Shown: positions 1-13,640 of the stretch, piece after piece | Position numbering within the stretch: position 1 is the stretch's first letter | How the letters are laid out: each line of letters begins with the position of its first letter | Source: the human T2T-CHM13v2.0 reference genome, Homo sapiens | Assembly: GCF_009914755.1 (NCBI RefSeq) | Contig: NC_060935.1 | Direction: 5' to 3' (one strand) | Length of the DNA stretch: 64,000 nucleotides | Translations under genes and position numbers: made by a program | Notes under the pieces: model-generated | What the model saw: the letters and a program-made list of their open reading frames with translations, nothing else | The model's database searches: none | Told to the model about the DNA's origin: nothing

Positions 1-110
1 GTGCAGTGGCTCACGTCTGTAATTTCGGCTCTGTGAGAAAATGAGGCAAAAGAGTCACTTGAGCCTAGCAGTTTAAGGCTGCTGTGAGCTGTGATTGCAC
101 CACTGCACTT
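1..110 (+). mobile_element. Degenerate Alu monomer (FLAM/AluJ-like) fragment at window edge
   Basis: gcagtggctcacgtctgtaat...cacttgagcctagcagtttaaggctgctgtgagctgtgattgcaccactgcact resembles the Alu monomer consensus. Confidence 0.7.
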
Positions 111-1438
111 TTATAATATATAAAATATATTATATATATAAATTGACAGTAATACATTAAAACCTGAAATCAAGCTTTGAAAGCAACAGCAAAGTGCATT
201 TCCAGTCTATTTCAGTGACTATTAGAATTAAAGCCAACTTCAGGCAAAACATTTCCAAAAACATAAGAAAAAAAAAAAAAAAAAGAAAAAGGAGAAAAAC
301 TATTCCAGACTTTTGAAGACATTTATTAAAATCATAAATTGATGGTATCTTCTTTCTCATCTTTTGATGAGTAAAATATTAAAGGACTCCAAAAATTATC
401 TACAAATTTGGCACTTGAGGGTTCATTTGTTGTAAACTCAGTGGTTCTTGATAAGAGGGAGTTCAAAGTTTGTTTATGGAGATTAGCCAAGGTGTTGAAT
501 CAATCATTTCCTCTCTTCTGGTGAAACCTAATCAAGAACCCTAATGGCTATCCTAAACTCCAAGAAATGTACAACCTGTTGGAAATGGCTGTGATTTTTC
601 AGAGATTCAATATAAAGAGGTACAAGTAGCCAAGTTCATTCTTTTCTGGGACACACAGAGTGGCTTTGGAACTGGCTGTGAAGATGTCTGAAAGCTACTA
701 CCACTATATGGTGGGGCCCTGATCCCTGATCAGACTTTATAGTGTTACTTCTACAGCAAGTTTCAGTGAGACCATAAGTATATTTCTAGGGTGAGAACAC
801 AACTAACAGAGGAGGAGTTCCTGCTACTTTTCCAATCCAAAACAGACTGCCCTATGTTTAATTTTTCAACAAACTGAGCTTCTTTCTATAAGTGATGTCA
901 TTTGCTTACTTAGTAAAAATGTTTTTACTCTTATTTTGTCATCCTGTCTTCCTACATACTTGTGAAACACAGTGAAGATTAATTTTACTTGTATCATTTA
1001 TGTATTCCTTAGTTGTTCCTATGTATTCTAAGAACACAGAAAATAGTTTTCAGATATCTTGCAATTTCATACTTGTTGTATATCCTAAATTTTATTGAGA
1101 ATATTTTATTTTATATGTTGTACACAAATGTAATACCCTCTGTTCTAAAGTTGGCACATAAATATATGCACAAGACAGAATATTCTATAATATACAACTT
1201 AGGTAATGTGTTGAATAATTTGAGGATAATATTGTTTTAGAGTATAGTAAATGCCTCTTCAGCATTTCTGGGTAAAATCTGATCAAATCTCACAATATTC
1301 AGTAAATAAATGATGGTTATTTAGAAATCATTTTGCAGTGGTGGATTGTGATTGAGATTTTTTGAAATACTTTAAAGGAGAAAATTATGACATCTAAATG
1401 AAACAATAAGAGCAAAATTGCAGTTAAATACCATTTCC

Positions 1439-1492
1439 TAAACCAATCACTTTTTTTCTTTTGTACTGAATCAATCTTTTCTAATCCAATCA
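1439..1492 (+). promoter_or_regulatory. Cluster of DUX4-type motifs upstream of the TRIM43-like RING exon
   Basis: TAATCCAATCA at 1482-1492 is an exact TAAYYYAATCA match; TAAACCAATCA at 1439-1449 has 1 mismatch; TGAATCAATCT at 1467-1477 is degenerate. Function is inferred. Confidence 0.5.
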
Positions 1493-1619
1493 CAATGAGC
1501 ATTAAGAATGGTTTTCAGAGTATTCAGGACCCATCATCTAATGGTATAAATTGGTCCTAATTTCATACGCTTAAACCTGAAGTTTTTTGGAGTAAAGTCA
1601 AAACTCAACAAAACTGAGG

Positions 1620-1954
1620 TTTCTTTTCTTTTCTTTTCTTTTCTTTTCTTTTTTCTTTCTTCCTTTTTTCTCTCTCTTTCTCTCTCTCTCTTTCTTTCTT
1701 TCTTCTTGCTTTATTGTCCAGGCTGAAGAGCAGTGGCTCAATCTCAGCTGACTGCAACTTCAAGGTTCAAGCAATTCTCCTGCCCAGTCTCCTGTTTCTG
1801 GGATTACAGGTATGTGCCACCACTCCTGGCTGATTTTTGTGTTTTTAGTAGAGACAGGGTTTCCCCATATTGGCCAGGCTGGTCTCCAACCTGATCTACC
1901 AGCCTTGGCATCCCAAAGTGCTGGGATTACAGGTGTGAATCATCACACCTGGCC
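1620..1954 (-). mobile_element. Alu (AluS/J) with (TTTC)n/(CT)n-decayed tail
   Basis: Antisense Alu body (ccaggctgaagagcagtggc...cccaaagtgctgggattacagg...cctggcc) preceded by pyrimidine microsatellite at 1620-1705. Confidence 0.85.
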
Positions 1955-2229
1955 TCTCTGAGGTTCATTTTTCTATGCAAAAGAAAATGGTAGGATGAGG
2001 ATGTAGTGCCCTGTGAGTTGTGCACGAATCCAACAATTTTACCTACAGATCCAAGAGCTCTCTTTGTGTCTCAGGTTCTATTTTTGTCTTATACAAAATA
2101 AAGCCTGTTCTACTCTAGACAGAAGTTTATCACTGAGTCACAACCTGAGTCAAATTTTGCTTTGGTCTTTGTTTATCCAAGGCAAAAGATGAAGTTTTAA
2201 TCATACCTTTCCTAATTTCCTTCCTTCAG

Positions 2230-4106
2230 GAAAATGGTCTCAGACATCACACAAGCCTTCCAGAAAGAACCCATCTGCCTCTTCTGTCTGAACTAACTCG
2301 TAGACCCCATCACCACAGGCTGTGGACCCAGCTTCTGTAGGCCCTGTCTCTGCCTTTCCTGGGAAGAAGCCAAAATTCCTACCTGCTGCCCACATGCGGG
2401 GAACTGTCACAGCAGGAGGACGTCAAAACCAATATTCTTCTGTAGAATCCAGTGTGCATTGCCAGAAAAGCCAGTCTCTGGCAATTCCTGAGCTCTAATG
2501 AATAAATGTGTGGGATCCACAGGGAGAAAAAAAGATATTTGGAGCGGTGGATAAGAGCCTGCTTCATTTGCTGTTCTGGAACACTCAGGAGCAAGGGGCT
2601 CCCAGACACTGTGAGGGGCAACTAAGGAAATCTGGGTTAAGTGATGATTCTGAGAGCACTTTGAAAGCTGGAGGATGGCACAGGTAAAGAGATTAGGGGG
2701 AAGATGAAGAGCATGAGGATTATTCTGTTCTGTACTGGATGTCATGTAGTGCCTAGGTATCAATGATAGAAATTTAAATGGAATCTGTGAGAATACCTTC
2801 CTTCCTGGAACTTGCCTTTCACTGAGGGAGTGATGAAGTTAATAATCATTAAAATAATTTGACTATTTCGTTTAATGTTCAAGGCACTGTAAAGAGCTCA
2901 ATATCAGAAAGAGTTTCTGGCTATCTAAACTACAAGTTCAAAAGCCTTCTATATAAGGAAATTATTTACCAACACTGGAAATAATAGAATAAAATATGCT
3001 AGAATTAGCAAGGCACGGTGTCAGTAGATTCCAATTCTGATGCAAGATGCCACATTATCTGCAAATTAGCCCTGCTTATGATTTTCCAATTAAACTGGTT
3101 GCGTTCCATGTTGTGGTTCTACAGTCTGAGATCTTCCCAAGTCTCTTTTATATCTCATCCCTTGATTTCCTTATCAATGGGGGTCTGACACCCAAAGCGA
3201 TTTGTTTCTCTGATGTTCAAATTCATAGTTCTTTTATAGGAGACGATAATGAAGCAAGTGAGATCTTTTTGGGCAAAAATTCAAGAAAACCAAGAAAGTT
3301 AAATGAGGAGAGCAGGAAAACCAACCAGTGGATTGTAAGTATTAGGCCTTTTCCCTCAGATTCAGCCTCAGACAGACATGCTACAAATGTATCCACTTAC
3401 CACTTGAGTGGAAACCATCTTGGTTAGGCTGTGAGGAAGGTTTTTCTCATGGCTTCCAATCCTGAGGGTACAATGCAGCATTGATTACTGCTCAGAGAGA
3501 GTGGTCAGGCTATGGAGTAGGGAGGTTTGGTACTAAAGACTAATTGAAAAACTTAATACTGCAAAAAATTATCTGTGAACCACCATAAATTCCAATGACT
3601 CTCATGTAGGTTGTCCAATATCAAAGGGTGTATATTGAAGAAATGATGAATAATAACCTTTCTTCGAGTGTTTTAGGAAGTCATATAATGAACAAAAGAA
3701 GTTTAAGAAAAGAATAAATTTGGCTTCAAGTATTGTTAAGAAACAATAAAAATAAATGAAAGAAAGGGAGGAATGATTGATTTCATGGTTCTGAGAAGTG
3801 GGAAGACATGAGTTTATGTACATAGCTTATTGGTAGCATACATCAGTCAGTCTAGGCTCAGTGGCTGAAGTTCGTAATCCCTACGATTTGGGACTGCTAC
3901 ATCAGGAAAGGGTTTTAAAGACGAATTTCCCTTGAATGATTATTTGTTTTTAAATCCTGTGATGAAATATTTGCTATTAGAAAGCTCAATTGTATTTTCC
4001 TCTTTAAAAGAGTGAGTCAGAGCAGCGGCACATGCCCCAGTGTGTGAGCTCAGAGCTCAGTGCTCAACCCATCACTGGACTAATGGACAGATTTCATGAC
4101 CTCCAG
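2230..4106 (+). pseudogene. TRIM43-like unprocessed pseudogene (RING/B-box exon, 96-nt-type coiled-coil exon, 98-nt-type linker exon)
   Basis: Exon ~2230-2636 with ATG at 2234 reads [46 protein letters not shown]...[13 protein letters not shown] with stops and frameshifts. Exon 3240-3334 (95 nt, AG/GT) reads ETIMKQVRSFWAKIQENQ. Exon ~4010-4106 reads SESEQRHMPQCVSSELSAQPITGLMDRF followed by gtgagt. Exon sizes parallel TRIM51 in this window; closest match TRIM43 by recall. Confidence 0.85.
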
Positions 4107-4125
4107 GTGAGTGTCAACCTGCTGA

Positions 4126-4596
<471 letters not shown>

Positions 4597-7500
4597 TCAG
4601 GCATGGTTTTACTACAGGCAATTTTTTGTTATTTATTAATCTTTCATCTAATAAAAGGGAACAGACTGTAAATAGCATTTATAAACATACTTAGTAATAC
4701 AGTTCTTATGATCATATGGAAAAAATAAATGAAAGCTGACGTAATGGTAAACGTCATTCAGTTTCCTCTTGAGTCTGGGCCTTTTGGGTCTGGGTCCCTC
4801 TGTGCAGCCAAGGCAGGTCAGATGGAGAGAGATGGTCCACACCTGGCCAAATGGGTTCTACATGAGCCTTCTGGATCAACACTGCCTTTCAATAAAGACC
4901 TAGGCTGTGATGACTCCAGTCGTGTTCTCCACCACAGTGGGCGGAGTGCTCATAGTGAGTCCTTGGGCCATGGGAGACCCCATTATATACATTGAAAAAC
5001 ATGCCATCAAAGCATTTCCCATCTGACACTGCCCGGGGCCCATAACAGGCTACAGCAGCATCATAACCTTTGCCAGCACGAAGCCCGGTGTCCTTTCAGT
5101 TTATCCGTGTGTATGAGTAAACACACTTACACTCACCTGTGCATACCCTCACACCATAGTGTACACTGTCCACAGTGGCACCGCCTGCTACTGAGGGCCG
5201 TGACTTTTATCAAGTCTTATTTCAAGCTGGCTCAGCATGAGGAAATTGTGTATGCAACACTGACTTTCAGCTGAGTCACTCAAAAATTAGTAAAATCATT
5301 TCAGGTAGTGTGTGTTTTTCTTTTTCCTGCTTTCAAAAACAACCTCCAGAGGAGTTTTTTTAGCCGCTTATTTAAAATGTTAATGAAGGAACCTGTGAGT
5401 GCAGGGGCACAGAAACGAGCAGCTGATTTAAGTCATTCCAACGCATAAGCAAGTTCCAAATGCACTGAGAGGTGAGGAGGCGAAGATGCAAAGGGTGCCT
5501 TGGGAAGAACTGCTTTTGCGGTAAGCCCTTGGCGCCTCCCAGCATGCCCGCTGCGATGGCATTCAACCCACTGCAGTCGTCGTCATCAAGGTGACTTTGT
5601 TGTTTTAGAAGGATCTGTTGTGCTCAGGGTTCCACCTGTCCTTCACTAGACCATGGCCCTCCAGGCAGTTCTAGGCAGGCCCCAGCGAAAAAGTACTGGG
5701 GTAGAAACCAAGGACCAGGCCCACAGAAACAAGGATCCCAGGGGCTTCCAAGGGGGAGTGCTGACTGCCAGGTGCAGAATTCATAGAATTACCCACCATG
5801 GGAGCCAGAGGGACCTGCACAAATCCCTGGGGAGTGTGTTAGAATTTCCCCAAATACTATAAAAGAGAAAAGTGCTCATATTTTATCACGTGAAAGACTA
5901 ATGATGTCTAGGAGATGACACAGAACAGGAGGACTCTGACCACCGCAGGATCAGCGAGATGTGTCAGGACAGAAATGAGCAAGCTTGAGTCTCCGGGCAC
6001 ACCTGGGGAAAGAGTAATGCAAGGCACACATCAGGGCTGTGACTCACTCCTCAAAGCAGGCTTGGTTCCCCAGGGTAAGAGTGAAGAGACAGACTCCCCA
6101 CATCATGTAGTGTGGACGGCAGGGCTGCAGGGGATGTAGTCCTCTTGCCGGTGGGCTGCCAGAGACCTGGCAGCCAGACCCACTTCTTAGTGACGGCACA
6201 TTCATTTCCTCTCTGGGATGCATTTCATCATATTCACTTTGTACCCACGATTCTTCCTGACAGCCTGAAACAGCAGACTTTGCATCCTTTTCAGGCCTGG
6301 GATCTGGCCTTACCCCAGGGGCTTCTGTTTCACCCACAACAGACTCGCCTCCACACCGGAGACCTGGTCACTGCTGACAGCAGGGAGAGAAGAAGGCAGA
6401 GGGGTCCAGCACGGCCCTCCTGCATTCATAAATCCTATTTTCCAATGAACATCACGAACTCCCTGTCTCCTGCTCCCAGGAGAAGCCTCAGGTCTCAGGA
6501 GTGGTCAATGCTGAGATGACAAAGCGATTGAAATTCTGATCTCCATAGTCTTGAGGCCTCTAGTGTTGCCAGGAGATGTCAGGAGGAGCTCCAGAAGAAA
6601 GAGGCACAGGATGTTTCACACTGCTTTTCCCAAGTGCAGCCAAGGGACAGCCTCTGCACACCAAGGTAATTCTAGATGATTGGCTCCACGCTCTTCCCTC
6701 CTCCTTTCTAGTGACTTTAGTGCTGGCTGACTGTAGAACACTTTATTCACAGAAGCAAGCAGAAAAAATTGTCACTCTTAATTCACATGCTCCAACGTCA
6801 GACCAGGAGTGCCCGGTTCTGGAGGGAAGTGCCAGGACTGGCTCATTTGTGTTCTCATCAGCCGCCTCCATGCACATGGAGGTGGATTTCACTGGTGTTG
6901 ATACATGCTTTCACATCCACAAGAGGCTCTCCAAGGGACAGAAGTGACTTCACACCCACCGCAAACTATTTCTGCTGCCAGAGTCCCCAATCTCCAATCA
7001 ACAAAAAAATTCTCCACCAAGGGGCGAGCTCCACCCATCTCACTTGTAATCAGTAGCATCGACATTGTCTGAGAAATATTTAGCCTGTCCAATTTAAGCT
7101 TAATGTTCACAAACACTAAAAAGTAGTAAAATAGACTTTAGCTTTTCCTTTAACTATATTTATATATAAATCCCTGAGAAGGTAGCTGTCAACTTGAAAT
7201 TCACTATGTACAGTTAATTAATATCAGGGTGCAGGGAGGGACCCTAAGCCCCATCCCTGTGCACAGCAGGGGCTGGGCTGTCATTGCAAGAGAGCAAACC
7301 TGGTCTCCCTTCTGAGCAAAGAGAAGGGGGTGGGAGGGGCACGGCAGTGTAGGAATTCTTAGCCATCAGCACAGATGCTGGCAGGCCTGCTGTTCACTCA
7401 CTCTGGGGGCCTGGAGGTCCCACCATGATAACACCACATTGCCTCACAGAGGCCCCTGCTTTTCTGTCCTTGGTAGACCTCAGGGTAGGTGGTGCCAGGG

Positions 7501-10409
7501 ATGATAAAGAACTTCACCAACTGGGAGAAGAAAACAGGCAAAGGAAGGAAGGGTGAATGAGGAAGAAGAGATGAGGCAACAGGGGTGGGAGAACGTGGTG
7601 ATAAAGCCAGTGGGGACAGTGTGGTGGCAACTGACAGGAGAGGAGAAGGGGGTCCATGCTCATCAGACCTTCCTTCCTGAACAACATGAGGGGTGCAGGG
7701 AGGGCGAGCCCTCAGTGAGTGAATGCAGCAGTTCAAAGAAACAAAAATAGACAGAAATAATCAATGTTCTCCTAGGACACCAGGTTTTTAGAGAGGCCAC
7801 TGTGAGACCTCTGAATGCCTAATGCCCAATAGTGCTGAGTGGGTAAGTGACAAGAAGCCTGCACCCCCCCCCCCACAGGCCTGTGCACCTCCTGAGACCG
7901 AGGAGCCTGTGTCACCAGTACCTAGGGCTAGAAGAAAGGGCTTCCAAATGGCTCAGGAAGATGAGTGGGCATTTCACTCCACCTCTGGGACCAGATGACC
8001 ACACCTCCCCTGAGAAATCCCTTACCCAAAATAATTGAACAAAATAATGTTGCTTAAATATAAACTGGCTCATCTGATCACCCCGACACTGACCCCAGGA
8101 CACCCCCCTCAAGGTGGCTCCAGTTCCCCATCATCTAGACTTTTCTCCCTGCCCTCCCACACTCCCTGAGCCTGGCTGGAGGCCTGCTTGTCCCCTCTGC
8201 TGCCCACTCCAAAGAGAATAAGAAACCAAGAGCATGGGCTCGCCATAGGTCAAGGAAAGAGGCTTGGTGACACTTCCTTTGACTTGGAGAATTCCTCTAC
8301 TAGCAAATCTGCTTCCACATGGCAAAAATGAGAAGTGCTGGGCCAGTAGCCAGGCACACAGCTGCAGAAGCTACCTGGACCTGCCTCATGGGCCAAAGGG
8401 AACGGCTGCCCATAGGCAAGCCATGTCTAGAGTGAGTCCAGAGAGACCAGGGAGAGTCTGGGATCCAATCAGGGATGACCCTTCTTTCAGTTGGGTCTGG
8501 TGGGTTTTCAAAATCCAGTCTTTCCATTGGGGCCATACCAAAGCTCCGGGGGAGGTCAGGCTTCCCAGTCCCACCAGGACCCCCCCGTGAAGTTGTCCTT
8601 TTCTCTCAAGTTGCATACACTGGCCAGGTAAAGGCAGCTTCTACTCACCAGGCAAGTGGCCAGCTCACCTTCGGATTTGCCAAAGAAATCTGGGTCCTGC
8701 CCCATACTTGTTGGCTTGGCAGGCTTTTCAAAATGCAGGTATCTCTGGAGCTGTTTTGTGGACACCAGGAGCATTACTCGACAAGCTCTGTGCTGGCCCC
8801 AGGGTACCCTGTGCACCTGGGTAAGGCTGGAACACATTGGGAACAGGGACCCAACATGTCCACTCTGGAACAGCGTGGGACCTGGGGAAATTGCCAGTTT
8901 TTTGCTGTCCTACCAATGCTATTCTACACATCCCTGGAGACTATGAGCATCGGTTACAGTGTGGTGGTGGCTGGTCAGGACCAGAAATGTCCATTTTTGA
9001 CCTGGAAGCAGCAGACACCCAAGGCTTAGGGTAGAAGTGGGGGCTCCATACCATTCCCAGTGTCAACTTCCCATGGCAGCAGAAACAGGAAGGAATGTCT
9101 GGCAACCCACCAAGGGTCAGATGCCACATCAGCCCGAGCGAAGGTGCCAGACACTAGCTGTTCCAATGACAATTAGACATTCTTGGGAAGGTGGAGCCAT
9201 TTGTGAGAGCTCAGGATGGGTGTCCTGGAAGTGCCACTTCAAGGCGACTGAGGCCTCTCAAAATCCCTGTGTTAGAGCTGCAGCTCTCCATGTGGGCTGC
9301 AGTGCAGTCACCTATGGAGCTTTAGGACAGGCCCAGGGCTCAGCTCCCCGGACCAGTGCCTTCAGAACTTTCGCAGCAGGGATAGCCGGCTTGGAAAGGC
9401 ATGCCTGGGAGACCATGTGACACTGCCTGGCTGGGTCCTGGGCTGACAGAGGTGAGCGTGGAGCTCGCAGTGACTTGGTAATGCTGTGAATTATGTACGT
9501 GTGGCAGGAAGGTGCCACAATGCCAAGGCCCCACGTCTTGGAAATTCCTTGAGGTCCGCATGAGTTTGAACTAAACACCAAGTGCAGTCCTGAAAGGAAA
9601 AATAAAAGAAATACCCACATAAGGGACTCTTTGGAACTGAGTCTGGAAGAGAGGGCTGTCTGGTCCACTGCAGGAGAATTTGCCTAAAATAAGTTTGCTT
9701 CCCATTGCATTCTCTTTGCTTGTTCTAAACATCACCTCCCCCCTATTTTAATTTGCATCATTCTGGGCTCCTTACTCTTGTTGCATCCTTTTTTTACATT
9801 TGAAGGATGTCTGGATTCGATTTACTTAAGAGCATATATGGCTTAATTCTGTATTTCTGGTAATCATCTATTACATTTCCCCCATTTTATCAAATGACAC
9901 TTTTCCCTCATATCTACTTTTACTATGTAAAAGATTTTCTATACAGTTTATCTAAAACTCCTTGATTAAACAGAGTTTAATTCTAGCAATACATACATGC
10001 TTATCTCTGCATTGTTTTATAATTTGATGAGAAATGTTTTTCCCCAATATATGACTGTATGGATAATACTTTTTAAAAAGATACAATAAAATATGATATC
10101 TCTTTCTCACTTGATCATGTGGCTGAATGAGTCAATCCCTCCATCAAACAGAAATATCCGGCATCACTTAATCTAATTAATAAAAACATCCAGTGTGCAT
10201 GTGCACCCACAATGAGAAGAAAAGACCAAAACAAACAGCCAAAAAGGAGAGAATCCCATGATTTCTGTGTAAACTCCTACAGATATCATAAATATTTATT
10301 GCTAGAAACAGTATTTTAAATAAAAGGTCTTCAGGAAGGTGTATTAAAACTGCCTTGGATACAAGGGGCCCTATCACTTGTAAAACTTGGCAAATTGGAT
10401 AACAATTAA

Positions 10410-10784
<375 letters not shown>

Positions 10785-10879
10785 TAAAGGGAGCCTTTTA
10801 GGCAACATGCCCGCTAGGTGTACTGATTGCTAGGGTGGCTGGTGTCAGGCGAATCGATGTGGCTCCCCCAGCTCCTTCC

Positions 10880-11930
10880 TGGGAGCATTCTAGAAAGACA
10901 GCGTGGAAACGCGCGCGGCCTGGTGGTCCCGGGAGCGGCCATGGTGCTCAGCCCCGCGGCCTCACCCTGCCCTCGAACCCCGTGTCAAGCACCCGCGGAT
11001 TCTCACGTCCTCTTCTTCCAGGGCGGCGGGCGCTTCTCCTGCACCTTGGCCTGGCGCTTCTTCTCGGCCTCCTCAGCCTCCGGTTTCTCCTCCGTGGCCA
11101 CCTTGTAAGGCTAGTTGGGTATTCGCAGGTGGCCACTGTCCTTGGTGCTGCCCTTCCGCGCCGGCCTCTGGGTCTGGAAGGTGGGCGCGGGCGCCTTGCT
11201 GAGGCGGATCCGGGGCACCACCACGTCAGGCCGCAAGCTGCTCCGCAGCAGGCGCTGCAGGGGCAGGAGGCTGGCCTTCCGCGGGGCGGGGTCGACAGAG
11301 CCCCAGGACCCCGGCAGCGGGGCAGGTGGGAGGCCGGCTCTTGGGGAGCCCTGCCGGGAGCCCGCGGCTTCTGGGCAGGGCCGCTTGTGCTGCTCTGCGC
11401 CCTCCGCTTCGTCCGCCTCCTGCGCCTGCCTCCCCACCCCCACGCCGCGTCGCCAGAATTTCCTCAGCCGCCAGGATTTCCTGCTCCGCCAGCCGCCTCT
11501 TCCCCACGCACAGGGAGCTCTGGGGGCACACGGTCTGGCACTCGAGGGCCACGGCGGGGCTGTTAGAGGCTGGTGATCATCCTGACCATGTGGTCCAGGG
11601 CGCCCCGGTCCTCCGGGCCACGCACGGAACGCCGCGTCAGCACGGACAGCTCGCAGTCCCTGACCCTCTGCAGGCAGTTCTTCGAGCCCTTGGGCTTCCG
11701 CGCCCTCTCGTGGAGCGGAGGCAGCTCAAGCTGGTACTTTTTCCCCAACCGCTGCTGGCAGGGGCGCTCCAGGAGCCTCTGCATGAGGCGGACGTGTAAG
11801 TGGCCACTCCTCTGGCGACATCCCACGGCGGGGGCCCTCGCGTGGACACCCGCCCCTGCTAGCTCAGGGCTCGGATGCGATCGGTTCCACCCTGCATGGA
11901 GGCTTTCAACCCGAACGCGTGCATCCTTCA
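10880..11930. promoter_or_regulatory. CpG-island-like segment (ANKRD33B last coding exon copy); a second CpG-rich patch at ~12560-13020
   Basis: Very GC-rich with dense CG dinucleotides in an otherwise AT-rich, CpG-depleted region (judged by eye, not computed). Confidence 0.7.
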
Positions 11931-12194
11931 AGGTCAAGACCCAGGACATAGTTCAACAAGTAGTTGGTGATGATAGAGTGCCCTGACTGGGCCAGAACAG
12001 CCTCTTTAGTAAAACAGCGCAGGAAAGTTATGAAACAGATGCTCAGCTCCTTTCTTCATTTTCACTTTAATTCCGTGATGCCTCTGTGTCCGTCTGACGA
12101 CAACTCTCCTGGGGTCTGGGACTCTGCTGGTCTTCAATGCCTACTGAGAAGGGTTCCTGGCCATCATCAGGCATGAAAACCTCAAGGACCTCCG

Positions 12195-12335
12195 TCCTCA
12201 ACGTGGGATCCCTGGGCCAGCGGCATCAGCCTCACCAGGAAACCTGTTCTTCTGCTTATTCTTGGGCCCCACCCCAGGCCTATTCAAAGAAAGACTCCAG
12301 GGGCAGGGCTTGGCAGCCTGTGTTTCCACCAGATC
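12195..12335. mobile_element. MER5A-like hAT DNA transposon fragment within the retrocopy insert
   Basis: cctcaacgtgggatccctgggccagcggcatcagcctcacc...ttcttgggccccaccccaggcctattcaaagaaagactc resembles MER5A. Confidence 0.55.
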
Positions 12336-13525
12336 TGTGTTAAAGCTCAAATGAACCATGCCAGGTGATGCTGATGCAGGAAGCACAAAGGTGAGAGCCA
12401 GTGTCTAAGGCAACTGTGCCCATGGGGCCAAGGGCAGCTCCTGCCTGTGCAGCTATGATTAGGGTTGCGTTCCCCTCCCTGTCCTGCCAGTTGACTTCAA
12501 TGTGGGGGCACTCAGCTAAGGCCACCAGGGTATATCCACAAAGTCGTGATAGCAGGCGACATCAAGGTCGGTCTAGCCATTGTGGTCAGTCTCCTGCGCC
12601 TTCTCAACGCTCACCCCCCGGCGCACCAACGTCTGCAGCAGCCCCACGCCTCCAGGACGCCCTCCTCCAGGACGTTCTCCACGCCCTCGACGCCGTGCTC
12701 CTCCTCCTCCTGGAAAGGGTAGAAAGAGTCGTCCCAGGTGATGCTGCGGGTGTTGGGCAGACTGGAGAAGTCCTGGAACTCTTTGTAGTCAGCGCGGTCC
12801 TCCTCGACCTGTGTGCCTAGGAGTGGGGACTGCGGTGGCGGGGTCATGCAGCGCGCCCCCCACCCTGCGGCTGGGTCCCAGCCAGCAGTACCATGCCGGC
12901 GGCCGGAGGGGTGGGCGGGGGGCCGAGGATCTGTCCGGGAAAGTCTGGTGCGCGCCAAGTTCCCTGCTTCTTGCTTCTGTGTCCCCAGGGAAGCCCTAGC
13001 TCCCGCCACCAGCCCGGTGGAAACCTCCCTTCTTTTACATTATTTTGTTTTTATTTTAATTTTTTAGGACATTGATAAAATCACTTTCTGATTTTTGAAA
13101 TTCAAAATTAAATAATTTTCAAGTTTACCCTTTTTAAAATGTTTCACTATTTTAATGCTTTTATTTTTTGTATATTTTAATTATTGTAATTTACATCTTC
13201 AATTATTATGGAAGATTTTAGAAAAGTCTTTTCACATAATAAAGTCTAATTAATTAACTATTATTCTCTCCTCTATCTCAAATACGTACTTTAACCTTTC
13301 AGAACACTTTATGTTTTGAGACTCTTGTTACTTATGTGACATTTTAAATATTATTCTTCACTCTTCTAGTGAATTTTTAATGTCATTCAAAGGGTACATC
13401 TTTCTATAGTGAGAATTAAACAGTTCTCAAAAATGTTCTCAAGTATTAGGAATTTCACCTTCCAATGGTATGTTAAGTATGTTCTCCTTCCCTTCTAATG
13501 CATATTCCCCATTCCCCGCCCCCTG

Positions 13526-13640
13526 CTAATTTTGTATTTTAAGTAAAGACAAAGTTTTACCATGTTGAACAGGCCAGTCTTGAACTCTTGACCTCAAGTG
13601 ATCCACCTGCCTAGGCCTCCCAAAATGCTGGGATTACAAA
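13526..13640 (-). mobile_element. Alu left-monomer fragment
   Basis: gctaattttgtattttaagtaaagac...cttgaactcttgacctcaagtgatccacctgcctaggcctcccaaaatgctgggattaca. Confidence 0.8.

Noticed and set aside
5600-9700. Dense set of 60-184 aa ORFs on both strands
   Set aside because: They fall in GC-rich, presumed 3'UTR-derived sequence, with no homology signal or consistent exon structure
10835-11986. Long overlapping plus-strand ORFs (243 aa, 153 aa, 157 aa, 137 aa)
   Set aside because: Antisense shadows of the GC-rich ANKRD33B coding copy; low stop-codon frequency explains their length and there is no recognisable domain
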